From IMG/VR virus record IMGVR_UViG_3300047509_000227, positions 1 through 56,357 of that record: 56,357 nt of DNA; one strand, 5' to 3'. The notes beneath the pieces were generated by a model that saw only the letters and a program-made list of their open reading frames with translations, searched no databases and was not told where the DNA came from. This document shows positions 28,683 through 37,682 of the stretch, piece after piece. The DNA is from a virus. Its lineage: Duplodnaviria; Caudoviricetes. Numbering within the stretch: position 1 is the first letter of the stretch; every line of letters begins with the position of its first letter. The position numbers and the translations under genes were made by a program.

Positions 28683-30948
28683 TCACAATGCCCCGTTCGA
28701 TGTGCTGTTGGGCGAGCGGCGCGAGTCGGAGATACCGACCTTGGCGACTCGGGTCCCTCAAATACCACTCGCCATCGCCAGCCCTCTGAGGGGCACCCAC
28801 ACCACCAGAGTCCATCGGAAGACTTTCGTCTTCTCCCCCCTGCTCTGCAATGCCACCCTTATTGGCCTCGATGATCGAGCCGAGCCGGGTTGAGAGCGCA
28901 TCGTCGATCAACTGACTGATGGCTTGCCGAAGGCCCTCGGGGTCTGAACCCTCCAAGAGCTTGCTGAGTGCCGCGAAGCGTTTCGTCTCAGCATCGTAGA
29001 CATCAATGTCCCTCATTTCAGACTTGCCCACGAGCTTGAGCGAGTCTTTGCCCGCTCGCTGCAGCGCCTTCGACAGCGCGACCTGCATCCCCTGCAGCTG
29101 TTGCTGCAGATGTTGCACCTCGGGGGTTGGGCCAACGCCCAGGGCCTGCGGTGGAACCATCCGCTTCATCCGCTGCGCTGCCTCTTGCGCCTCATCGAAG
29201 TCGAGACATTTCAGCAGCAGATCACCAATGAGACCCGTCAGGGCCGGGGCCTGAGTCAGCAGGAGCTTGAGCGACTCCGCACTCTCCTGCCTGCGCGTGC
29301 CAAAGGCTTTGCCCACGTCTTCCGCCACGTCATATTGCCCAACCTGCGGATTGAAAATCCTCACCAGGGCACCCGCCCTTGCAGCCTGCTGGACTTGGAG
29401 GGCCTGCTTTTGGGTCGGGTCAATTATAAGGTCCATCATCGACCCATCGTCTGCGAGGACCTTCATTATTCTCTGCCTGTTCATAACCTTCGGAATGAGG
29501 TCAATCAACTGGCGAGCACAGAACTTGAGGCCGCAGGCGAAATTATCCTGAAAGTGGAACGTCGCCGTGTCGCCCTGCTCCTGCCTCTCCGAGATGGCTG
29601 CGCCAGTACGTTCATTCCCGCCCATGCCCATTTGGTTCTGCCATTGGCCAGAGGTCATCATCATCTGATCAAAGGCCGTCTTCATCCCAGTCTCGTAGGC
29701 CGGGGCCGCAGTCGGAGGTTGGGTCCTCGTTGGAGGCGGAATTACCGCCTGTGGATTGTCATCATCCACATGGTTGTATGGCAAGATCGAGTGATTTGTT
29801 GTGTTCGCCGTGTTCCAATACTGCTCCAACTCTTCAATGGCCTTGACTGGTGCAACCCACGGCGTCTTGCCCTGCAGGGCAACGAACTCAACTTGAGCGC
29901 TGCCGTTGTAGTTATACATCCGCTGGGCATCTTTCATATACCGAGTGTGCCCCTTCCGATCAAGCTGGCCGTCGATCTGCGTCTGTTTGCCGAGCACTCT
30001 AACAAGCGGAACATACTTTCCAGGCCAGATTGTCTTGTCGATAATCTTCTGCCCCGCAATCAAATACCACTCAACAGTCGGCGGCGTGATTGGCCGAGTT
30101 CGAGTCGATTTGGCCTTCAGAACTTCGTCCATCATCTCTCTCGAGGGGAGGGCCTTTGTTAGAATGGACTTCCGAAGCTCCTTCCTCATACCCGAGGTCG
30201 GGTCGAAGAATGAGACGAGAGTGTCCTTGCCCTTCATGATTCTGAAATATTCGCAGAGCCTGATGTAGTCCTTTGCAATCCAGTCACTATCGACCGACCC
30301 AATCCCGAGCGGCTGTTGGTTGGCCTCATCAACCATCTCGGGATACGCCTCATCGAAGTCGTCCCTCGGGATGGTGTCGAATACGAGGCCAAACTTCGCA
30401 TCACTCCCATCGGACTGTTGACAGTCCGGGTCCCCGTAGACTGAGAGTGGATCTTGGACCTCTCGAATCCAGATCTCCTGATCCATCGTCTCGTCCGAGG
30501 CATAGGCGGTGATAATTCTCCACCAGCCAATTCCTCCTTCGACCTGGAACGTCCTGGCCATCTGATACGCACAGTCTTGGGCGTTCGACCGGCGTTCGAT
30601 CTCCTGCACAATGGCCTGCATCACTTTCGCACTCTCGACCGAGGCGGAGCCGCCAGTGGCCAAGAGCTTGATCGCCGATTTGTTCTGCCTCCCAGCGTTC
30701 GTAATCATCAAATTATGCTGGTTGATGATGTTGAGCGTCAGGCAGGGCCGATTGTCAACATCTCTCGTTCGGCGAATCGCATTCGGCCACTGATAGCCAT
30801 TCTCCGAGTCACCATTCGCAAACCTGATGTCATCGAGAAATCTCTGCCTGGCGTTCCCCTCCCACTCACTGCATCGGTCAAACCTCTTTCTGGCCTCCTC
30901 AATAATGGGATCGCCGGAGAGTGTTTGTACTGTTGGATCACCCGCCAT
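28675..30948 (-). CDS. Portal protein (P22-like)
   Basis: DDIRFANG..YQWP..RPCLTLN; KDAQRMYNY; ERTGAAI..GDTATFHF. Confidence 0.92.
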   Translation of the reverse strand: MAGDPTVQTLSGDPIIEEARKRFDRCSEWEGNARQRFLDDIRFANGDSENGYQWPNAIRRTRDVDNRPCLTLNIINQHNLMITNAGRQNKSAIKLLATGGSASVESAKVMQAIVQEIERRSNAQDCAYQMARTFQVEGGIGWWRIITAYASDETMDQEIWIREVQDPLSVYGDPDCQQSDGSDAKFGLVFDTIPRDDFDEAYPEMVDEANQQPLGIGSVDSDWIAKDYIRLCEYFRIMKGKDTLVSFFDPTSGMRKELRKSILTKALPSREMMDEVLKAKSTRTRPITPPTVEWYLIAGQKIIDKTIWPGKYVPLVRVLGKQTQIDGQLDRKGHTRYMKDAQRMYNYNGSAQVEFVALQGKTPWVAPVKAIEELEQYWNTANTTNHSILPYNHVDDDNPQAVIPPPTRTQPPTAAPAYETGMKTAFDQMMMTSGQWQNQMGMGGNERTGAAISERQEQGDTATFHFQDNFACGLKFCARQLIDLIPKVMNRQRIMKVLADDGSMMDLIIDPTQKQALQVQQAARAGALVRIFNPQVGQYDVAEDVGKAFGTRRQESAESLKLLLTQAPALTGLIGDLLLKCLDFDEAQEAAQRMKRMVPPQALGVGPTPEVQHLQQQLQGMQVALSKALQRAGKDSLKLVGKSEMRDIDVYDAETKRFAALSKLLEGSDPEGLRQAISQLIDDALSTRLGSIIEANKGGIAEQGGEDESLPMDSGGVGAPQRAGDGEWYLRDPSRQGRYLRLAPLAQQHIERGIVNG

Positions 30949-32310
30949 CTATCCCATCCATCCCAGCGACGCGATCCGCCCACCCATCGCAATCGCCTTC
31001 CCCTTCGCCCTCGCCAGCCTACTATCAACGTCGTTCCGCTCACGAGGCAGCGCCGCCGAGATCGCGAAATACCTAAAGGCGTCCGCCCCGTCCGAGGCCC
31101 AATCGTGCAGCGGCTCGTTTGATAGTTGGCCATCGACGACCTTGTACCTATAATGACGCAAGGCGTTGACGCCATCTTCACACCCATCCTGGTCGAACCA
31201 GCAAGAGCCCATTACGATTCGCGAGGCGTTGATGCCATCGACCCTCGAGAGCTTCGGCACGATGATGGTGTTAAAGCCTGCAAGGCGGGTCTGCTCCTCG
31301 ATCGTCTTCCTCGTCCCGAGCCTCTTCGCCTTCGCGTCATGGGGGAGATAGATCGACCCAACAATGTACTCTTGTCTCTGGATTTCCTTGAGCCAGTAGG
31401 ACCAGTCGCGACCACTCTCCGCCAAGTACCGCAAGAGCCGCCACTGCATCGCCACCCTCTGCACAAACCAGACCGCTGTCTGATCAGCCCGTCCGAGGTC
31501 GAAGAACACCCCCACCGGGACAGAAGGCTCATACGGCACGCTGCAGATTCTGCCCTCGAGCTGGATCTTTCTCAGCTCTTTGGCATAAACCGCTCCTTCG
31601 AGATTCTCAAGACAGTTCCCCTCCCAGACATTGAGATAAAAGTCGTAGTCCCGGTCCTTGTCGCGAGTCATCTCATCATACATGACCTTCGGCAGCCAAG
31701 GATTATCGGCATAGGTCATCTTCACAACGATCGAGTGAGCACTCTCGCTTCTGTTTTTGTCGATCTTCTTCAACTCTTTATCCAGAACCCACCGGACATA
31801 CGTATAGTCTGTCTTGAGCCCCGGGTTGAAGGTCATTATAATTTCAGAGTTCTCTTTTCGGACAGTCGGGATCAGAATGCCCCACGAACTCTTACTGACT
31901 TTCTCAGCCTCTTCCACCCAGCAGTAATCAATGCCCTCGGTAGACTTGACTTTGTTGGTGTTGTTTTTGATCCCCTCGAACATAAACTCCGTACCATTCT
32001 GGCCGAAGATCTTGTTTGCCTGGACGACATAAAATTGGGAGAGGCCGAGCTTCTCGATCTGATCTACGATAACTTTGTAGACCGAGTCCTCAATCGACTT
32101 CTGAAACTCTCTACAGCAGAGAACTCTGATTTTTCTCTTGGCGCCAATCAGCAACAGCGCGCGGGCGACGCCCCACGAGCGCCCCGCCGATCGTCCGCCC
32201 CACAGAACTTTGTATCGGCGTGGCTCGAAGAGGCAGCGCAGAGTCGGCGGGAAGTCCGCGTCGACTTGTATGGCGGCCTGCTGCTGTGCCTGGGTGAAGG
32301 GAGCGTTCAC
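30949..32310 (-). CDS. terL: Terminase large subunit (PBSX-like)
   Basis: YKVLWGGRSAGRS, CREFQKS, WVEEA, TFNP; nuclease FDLG and HDWASDGADAFRY. Confidence 0.92.
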   Translation of the reverse strand: MNAPFTQAQQQAAIQVDADFPPTLRCLFEPRRYKVLWGGRSAGRSWGVARALLLIGAKRKIRVLCCREFQKSIEDSVYKVIVDQIEKLGLSQFYVVQANKIFGQNGTEFMFEGIKNNTNKVKSTEGIDYCWVEEAEKVSKSSWGILIPTVRKENSEIIMTFNPGLKTDYTYVRWVLDKELKKIDKNRSESAHSIVVKMTYADNPWLPKVMYDEMTRDKDRDYDFYLNVWEGNCLENLEGAVYAKELRKIQLEGRICSVPYEPSVPVGVFFDLGRADQTAVWFVQRVAMQWRLLRYLAESGRDWSYWLKEIQRQEYIVGSIYLPHDAKAKRLGTRKTIEEQTRLAGFNTIIVPKLSRVDGINASRIVMGSCWFDQDGCEDGVNALRHYRYKVVDGQLSNEPLHDWASDGADAFRYFAISAALPRERNDVDSRLARAKGKAIAMGGRIASLGWMG

Positions 32311-32330
32311 GTAGGCTGGCCCGCAGAAAG

Positions 32331-32360
32331 ATCAACCATTGATGGTGTCCCCGGTGCCAT
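32331..32360 (-). promoter_or_regulatory. 22-bp element plus ATCAA-N3-TTGAT palindrome upstream of terL
   Basis: - strand ATGGCACCGGGGACACCATCAATGGTTGAT. Confidence 0.65.
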
Positions 32361-33652
32361 CACAACTCCGCACTCGCCTTAATTCGCCCCGCTCCACCAT
32401 TGTCCCACAGCAGCCCAGCCGTGCCCGCCGCCGGTGCTGTCGCAGTCGTACACCCAACGCCAACGCCTGTCGTCGAGGCCACCCCTGCTACAGTAGCCGA
32501 CGTTCCGAGAGCTGAGCAGGCTCCGAGCGTCCCGCCTGCTGCTGTCGTCTCCGTCGCAAACCCTGCCGCATACGACATAGTCGGGACGACCCGCATCGGC
32601 ACTGGCCACCCGACGAAGCAGTCTACGATGGTGACTGAGTGGCTCCGACAGTTCCCAACAACATCTGGCCCTGTTACTTCGTCCCGCTCCCAGTAATAGC
32701 GCCACTGTAAGAGGGCCTCCGCAAGGGCGAACCGACCAAACACTGGGCTGCAGGCGATAGCATTGCAGTTATAGCCCACCGACGACGAGGCCAGCGCACT
32801 CAGGCTGTCGTTCTCGGTGAGTTGGACGAACGAGAAGTTCACAAAGTCATTCGCCCCGGCTGTGCCAACAGGCACAAAGCAGAGCGCAACACCTACCTCC
32901 ATCGCTGTGTTCGGAATGTTTGCGACCGCTGCGTAGCGGCCACTCGTATTAACTCCCCCCAGGCCAATCACCGCAGCCGTAAGGTTCGTCTGCCCCGTCC
33001 ACCCACTCCCTCCCCCGCCGCCACCATTGAGGCCCTTGGCCATCGCCACGGTCCCCTCATCTTGCCCCGTCCCAGTGACGATGTAGGCCGTCATATTCGA
33101 ACTCGCGGCCGAGAAATCCGCCCCAGTCAAAGCCTTGAAATCAAATTCCAGCGTATGGCCCTGCATCTGCACCGAGTTGATGCTCTCGATCTCCTGCTCC
33201 ATACAGACTGGACTCGTGCCCGTCTGGGCCGCAGTTCTGGCCATTTTGAACGCAAAGTGACCAAAAACCGCCCCAGTCCGGATTACTCTCATTTCAGTCC
33301 CAGTCCCGGACCAATAGGCCCAGCGATCTGGCCCACCGTATGTGAGGGTCGTCGTAACCGCGAGCCCCACGTTGCCTCGCTGCCAAAGATTTGTCCCGGC
33401 ATCGCCGCCGATTAGCCAGTTCGATTTATCAAGCTGGCCACTCTGTGCAAACCCCGCCAGCTGCGCCGCCGAAATGGCCTCACTTCCCCCGACCTTATCG
33501 GCAGGAAGCTCTTCCGTCCCAACAACCGAGGTCGCCAGCGGCACTCCATTCGTGAAACTGCCCTGATCCGCCCCCACAGGCGCTGGCAGGAGGGTCCAGA
33601 TCGCCGCCAGGGCTGCCGTCTGTCGTAGAAGTCGCATTTTTTGCCCCATCAT
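32360..33652 (-). CDS. Fibre/carbohydrate-binding-like protein with signal-peptide-like N-terminus
   Basis: NWLIGGD..NLWQRG..PDRW, EALLQWRYYW, PVPMRVVPT; ATGA-coupled start at 33652. Confidence 0.7.
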   Translation of the reverse strand: MMGQKMRLLRQTAALAAIWTLLPAPVGADQGSFTNGVPLATSVVGTEELPADKVGGSEAISAAQLAGFAQSGQLDKSNWLIGGDAGTNLWQRGNVGLAVTTTLTYGGPDRWAYWSGTGTEMRVIRTGAVFGHFAFKMARTAAQTGTSPVCMEQEIESINSVQMQGHTLEFDFKALTGADFSAASSNMTAYIVTGTGQDEGTVAMAKGLNGGGGGGSGWTGQTNLTAAVIGLGGVNTSGRYAAVANIPNTAMEVGVALCFVPVGTAGANDFVNFSFVQLTENDSLSALASSSVGYNCNAIACSPVFGRFALAEALLQWRYYWERDEVTGPDVVGNCRSHSVTIVDCFVGWPVPMRVVPTMSYAAGFATETTAAGGTLGACSALGTSATVAGVASTTGVGVGCTTATAPAAGTAGLLWDNGGAGRIKASAEL

Positions 33653-34383
33653 GGCGAGAATTGCACCTGAGCCAGCGTACTGACGCGCAGCGTCAGAGTA
33701 AATCTCGTAATCGTCGTCGCGGAGTTGCAGTTTACTCTCCACCAAGTCTTCGCCGCAAGCGCCGTATTCCACCCCGTCAGGGGATTTGCCCCTGTTGGAC
33801 TCTGATCCCCGCCACTCGCGCTCTCATTCCCGGCCAAAATCACTGGAAATGCCGCCGCAACAATACTGTTCGCATTCGTCGGCGGAGAGTCATCCGCATA
33901 CTGCTGCAGCCAGAGATCGACCTCGAGCGCGCCATTCTGATCCGCCTGCAGCACCCACCCAGTGATTGTCCCATCGAACGTAGTGTATAAGTCGCCAAGA
34001 ACGCCCGGGGCAATCGGCAGCCCTGCGTTGTCGAACCTGAACACAACGTCTCGATCGTACAAAAAACAGGCGTCGATCGTTCCATTCTGGAGTTGCGTCA
34101 GCAGCGGAATCTCACCCGTCTCGGTGTCCCACAGCACCGCACCAGTCGCGTCCTTCACAACCTGCCGGTAGAGTCCCGAGCCCCACATTATGCACCTGCC
34201 AGAGGCGTCGAGCGTGAGAGGGTTCGCATTCGGAGCTGCCCCAGCAGGATCGAGCCACGTCTGCGCCAGAGTGTTCGTCCCGGGCAAGTACGTCGTGACC
34301 GTACCCCCAGCCAGCACCAGTCCATTGTTGTCAAAGAACTGCTGCTGCCCGTTCGGGAGCAGAATCAGGCTCGGCGTCGTCAC
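33649..34383 (-). CDS. Tailspike virion-attachment-domain protein
   Basis: QQFFDNNG..LAGG..Y.PGT..NPLTLDASGR; GTG start 34383. Confidence 0.75.
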   Translation of the reverse strand: MTTPSLILLPNGQQQFFDNNGLVLAGGTVTTYLPGTNTLAQTWLDPAGAAPNANPLTLDASGRCIMWGSGLYRQVVKDATGAVLWDTETGEIPLLTQLQNGTIDACFLYDRDVVFRFDNAGLPIAPGVLGDLYTTFDGTITGWVLQADQNGALEVDLWLQQYADDSPPTNANSIVAAAFPVILAGNESASGGDQSPTGANPLTGWNTALAAKTWWRVNCNSATTITRFTLTLRVSTLAQVQFSP

Positions 34384-34541
34384 CGGAGGCCGCCCAGCAG
34401 CCAAACAATCAAGAGAATCACCAGCAGGACGCCAAGGATTCCCCCTACGCCATTCGGCCCATAGGACTGGTAGCCCCACCACCCTCCACCACCAAGCAGC
34501 ACAATCAGGATGACTACCACGAGAAGTGTTCGATTTGTCAT
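34380..34541 (-). CDS. Small two-helix membrane protein (DUF3309-like)
   Basis: Read by eye: MTNRTLLVVVILIVLLGGGGWWGYQSYGPNGVGGILGVLLVILLIVWLLGGLR. Confidence 0.7.
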   Translation of the reverse strand: MTNRTLLVVVILIVLLGGGGWWGYQSYGPNGVGGILGVLLVILLIVWLLGGLR

Positions 34542-34544
34542 GTC

Positions 34545-34889
34545 TTATCTCCCTTCATACATTTGTTCAGGCTTCGCCCCAATACCACCAATCGCAGCGT
34601 AGTTCGTACGGGAGAAGTAGAACGAGATCACAATCCCGGCGATGAGATTGACAAAACTCACCCCCGTCATCTGCGCTACGGTCGGGTCCCTGTTCGTGAC
34701 GAGGCAGATCAGCGTAGAGCCTCCATCGACGATCATCGTCAGCGCAATCACCCCAATCGCCACAGCGGCCTGCGTATATTCCCAGATCAGGTTGATCTTC
34801 CGCTGCCCGAGCGTCGTCAGATCTTCCTGATGCGTCGTCGTGGGAGGCACAGACGGCTGGTGCGATCCTGAGTCTTCAGCCAAGCTCAT
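34545..34889 (-). CDS. Holin-like membrane protein
   Basis: Two TM helices; VISFYFSR. Confidence 0.55.
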   Translation of the reverse strand: MSLAEDSGSHQPSVPPTTTHQEDLTTLGQRKINLIWEYTQAAVAIGVIALTMIVDGGSTLICLVTNRDPTVAQMTGVSFVNLIAGIVISFYFSRTNYAAIGGIGAKPEQMYEGR

Positions 34890-34905
34890 TGTAGTTCCCG
34901 GAAGG

Positions 34906-35178
34906 TTAGCGCGATGCGCCCGAAGGTTCGCTCTTCAGATAATCCACAGCGTCGCCCAGCGAAGCCCGACCTTCGACAGCACGCACTCGTGGCGGCTGAA
35001 TATCTGGGGGGTTCTTCGAGAAAATCTCTTTCCTCAAGTATTTGCCTGTGCCTTGGTTGTTCTCACAGACCTCGGTCACGTAGCCATTCTCGATCTCCCG
35101 GCACGAGACCGTGTGACTGACGCCATGCCCCGGGGGCCGCGCAGCAATCGCCGCTGTGTCGTTCAAACGCTTCGCCAT
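34906..35178 (-). CDS. Hypothetical protein
   Basis: SD AGGAGA; REIENGY. Confidence 0.65.
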   Translation of the reverse strand: MAKRLNDTAAIAARPPGHGVSHTVSCREIENGYVTEVCENNQGTGKYLRKEIFSKNPPDIQPPRVRAVEGRASLGDAVDYLKSEPSGASR

Positions 35179-35199
35179 CTTCGTCTCCTATTACTTACC

Positions 35200-35241
35200 A
35201 AAAAGGGACTGTGTGAGGCCAAACAAGGGTCTCACACAGTC
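35200..35241 (-). terminator. Probable rho-independent terminator
   Basis: 14-bp stem GACTGTGTGAGACC/GGCCTCACACAGTC followed by CCTTTTT on the - strand. Confidence 0.65.
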
Positions 35242-35253
35242 GATGTCGGCAGG

Positions 35254-35628
35254 TTAGCGCCCGAACTTCTCCCGGTGGGAGGGCGAGTGCTTCTCCGCAT
35301 GATGCCGATGGGCCTCGGTCTTCAGCCCATGAAGGGGCTCGTGCCGGACGTGATGATCTGTCCCATGGTGAGGCCCGTGGTCGTGATACTTGATCGGGTG
35401 CTGCCTCTCGAGTTCCTTCGTGGCACCATGAAGGGGGTTCCGGTCGGTCGGCTGACCCTCTTGTGCCCCACGCATGTCAGCTCGACGTTCGTCGCCAACA
35501 CCAGCACGTCCCGGCGGCGTCTTCGGAGGCTGCCCCCCTCTCGGGCCACTCTCCTTCACTCCCTCCATCCCAGGGTCCATCTTGTTCCCCTTGCTTTCCT
35601 TGCCAGTAAGTCTCTCCATCTCACTCAC
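35254..35628 (-). CDS. Disordered His-rich protein ending KFGR
   Basis: HDHGPHHGTDHHVRH...HRHH. Confidence 0.7.
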   Translation of the reverse strand: MSEMERLTGKESKGNKMDPGMEGVKESGPRGGQPPKTPPGRAGVGDERRADMRGAQEGQPTDRNPLHGATKELERQHPIKYHDHGPHHGTDHHVRHEPLHGLKTEAHRHHAEKHSPSHREKFGR

Positions 35629-35670
35629 TCCTGCTGTTGCCCCTATGGGGCGCTGATGTTGCGCTGACCG

Positions 35671-35922
35671 TCAGCGCCCGTAACCGGACCTCTGCGGCCC
35701 GAGATGTTCCCGCGAAGCGGGCTTGCCCAGGATGCGATTCGCTTTCGCATCAATCTTCTGCTCACTCGCTGCCGAGAGGTTGCCCTTTGCGACCTGCTGC
35801 GTCGCTCTAGCCTTCGCGTTCGCGGCGTGAGACTTATCAGGCATCGGATACCCCCGGGACGCGGGGAGGCCAAACTCCCTCGCCGGGATCTCTCTGCGCT
35901 CACTCGTCGTCAGCTTCGCCAT
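35671..35922 (-). CDS. Small basic late protein ending SGYGR
   Basis: FGLP..R.YPMPDKSHAANAKAR. Confidence 0.8.
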   Translation of the reverse strand: MAKLTTSERREIPAREFGLPASRGYPMPDKSHAANAKARATQQVAKGNLSAASEQKIDAKANRILGKPASREHLGPQRSGYGR

Positions 35923-36452
35923 TATAGTCCTCCCGGTACCGCCATCAGCGCCGACACGACTCTCGGGCGTGGCCCCGGCAGGGGCTCTCGGATGGTAGAT
36001 TTGCCCAGCCAGTGAAACGTTGGAATCCGTGACAGTGACTGTTGTGCAAACACCAGCGCGGGCTGCAGGTCCCCATAAACCGCTCTGACCTGCGGCACCA
36101 AGTGTTTACAAACCACCAGCCCAACGGCACGTTTCCCTGTCGCCTTCTCGACCACCGGCAGATACAGGAGGCGAAGCTTGGCCTCGGCCTCCTCGACCCA
36201 CGTATGCTTAATCTCCGCCACCACGACGAAGTCGCCCTGATGCCAGACCAGATCGGGCTGACAAAAGCTCTCGCCCCGGCTGTCGCGGAAGGTATACCAC
36301 GGCCCATGGAGCGCCCACGGCATATGCCTCGCGACGAGCCTCTCATATCGAATGCCGAGGGCCTTCACTCCTCTCGGTCGTCCGTTTGAAATGCACGAGG
36401 GCTTGCTTGCCAGTTGCCTTGCTGTCACGAGTGGCTGTTGCACCTGCCTCAT
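35922..36452 (-). CDS. PD-(D/E)XK nuclease
   Basis: YE...QPDLV...AEIKHT. Confidence 0.7.
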   Translation of the reverse strand: MRQVQQPLVTARQLASKPSCISNGRPRGVKALGIRYERLVARHMPWALHGPWYTFRDSRGESFCQPDLVWHQGDFVVVAEIKHTWVEEAEAKLRLLYLPVVEKATGKRAVGLVVCKHLVPQVRAVYGDLQPALVFAQQSLSRIPTFHWLGKSTIREPLPGPRPRVVSALMAVPGGL

Positions 36453-37681
36453 GGTTCATCCCCAGTATAGCCCTGTGCTTCCCAATAATCAATACCACTG
36501 TCACAACGAGCTGGACTTGTGCAGAACAACAACAGCCCGCGCATAGTATCTGCTTGCCAGTTGACAACCGGGGCGAACAGCGCCGAGGTGTCATCGAAGA
36601 ACGACAGAGTTGCCAGATAACATTTACTGCCTTGCAGCTGCGACGGCAGACAATCTGCCTTCTGAACCTGAACCTTGTGAGCACGGAAAAAAGCATCGAT
36701 CAGCCAGTTCTTTTTGCTGCCATCAGCAAATCGGCTCTGATTTACATTGTAGTCGCTGTCTGGTCCATTCTCTCCAAAGTGTTCACAGATCAGCTTCGCA
36801 GTCATGTCATTGGCGGAGGCCAAGCAGTACATGTCAAAATCTGCACCGTAGGAGGTAAAATTATGCAAGTTCGCCACCGCACCACTCACAAATTTATATC
36901 CCTTGTTCTGAACCCCAACCTTGGAGTTGAAATTCGTCCCACTACTCGGCACAAAAGTCCAGACGCCTCCGCTGCGATAGCCAATATATGAGAAGTCCGC
37001 AGCATTTACATAGAAAGTGTACTGCCACTCAAAAAACGAAAGATCATCTGCACTCGTCGCCTGATTGCCAGCCGCTACAAGGTCTGCATCCTGAATTGCA
37101 AGGCTGGCGTTATAATCTGTGGAGAATGCAGCAATCGCACTCGGCACATCGAGATACCCTTGAACTGCGTTCACCTGAATACTCGGAACACCTCCGGTCA
37201 TCGCCGTGCGATCCTGTAAACTCTCCGTAAAATTCTGCTCGCTACGAAGCGCCGGTTCACCTGGTTCCCCAAAAGTTGCCATATCGAACTGTTTGATCGC
37301 CAGAATACCGGGAACTGAAGAGCTCACAACCGTTTGCGTACAATCGTTGCGAGAGGCACCTCCCTGATCGCAGTTATAGTGCTGTCCATGCGCCCAATCC
37401 CAACAGGCATTTTGCGCCGAACGACCGGCCCCGGTTGCAATAAGGTTTCGACCATTAAGAGAAGAACCAAAACCCGAGGTAATCATCGAATTTCCGATAC
37501 CACCCGCCAAATCTTCGACACCAAATGTAACCTGTTCTCCAAGGGAGCCGACGAGCAACAGGGATTGCGTAGTTATACCTTCATCGCAATACTGCAACTC
37601 GGGCCAACTAACATTAACTGCAGCGCCTGGTGCGATCACCAAACCGTTCATCACAAGGCCGACGAGAAGTGAGGCAAACAC
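36449..37681 (-). CDS. Beta-rich hypothetical protein (receptor-binding or exported candidate)
   Basis: Hydrophobic N-terminus; lower GC. Confidence 0.65.
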   Translation of the reverse strand: MFASLLVGLVMNGLVIAPGAAVNVSWPELQYCDEGITTQSLLLVGSLGEQVTFGVEDLAGGIGNSMITSGFGSSLNGRNLIATGAGRSAQNACWDWAHGQHYNCDQGGASRNDCTQTVVSSSVPGILAIKQFDMATFGEPGEPALRSEQNFTESLQDRTAMTGGVPSIQVNAVQGYLDVPSAIAAFSTDYNASLAIQDADLVAAGNQATSADDLSFFEWQYTFYVNAADFSYIGYRSGGVWTFVPSSGTNFNSKVGVQNKGYKFVSGAVANLHNFTSYGADFDMYCLASANDMTAKLICEHFGENGPDSDYNVNQSRFADGSKKNWLIDAFFRAHKVQVQKADCLPSQLQGSKCYLATLSFFDDTSALFAPVVNWQADTMRGLLLFCTSPARCDSGIDYWEAQGYTGDEP

Positions 37682-37682
37682 A

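Noticed and set aside
34545-34570. YEGR* as a member of the GYGR tag set
   Set aside because: GAAGGGAGA is explained as the SD of the next gene, and the protein is a membrane protein
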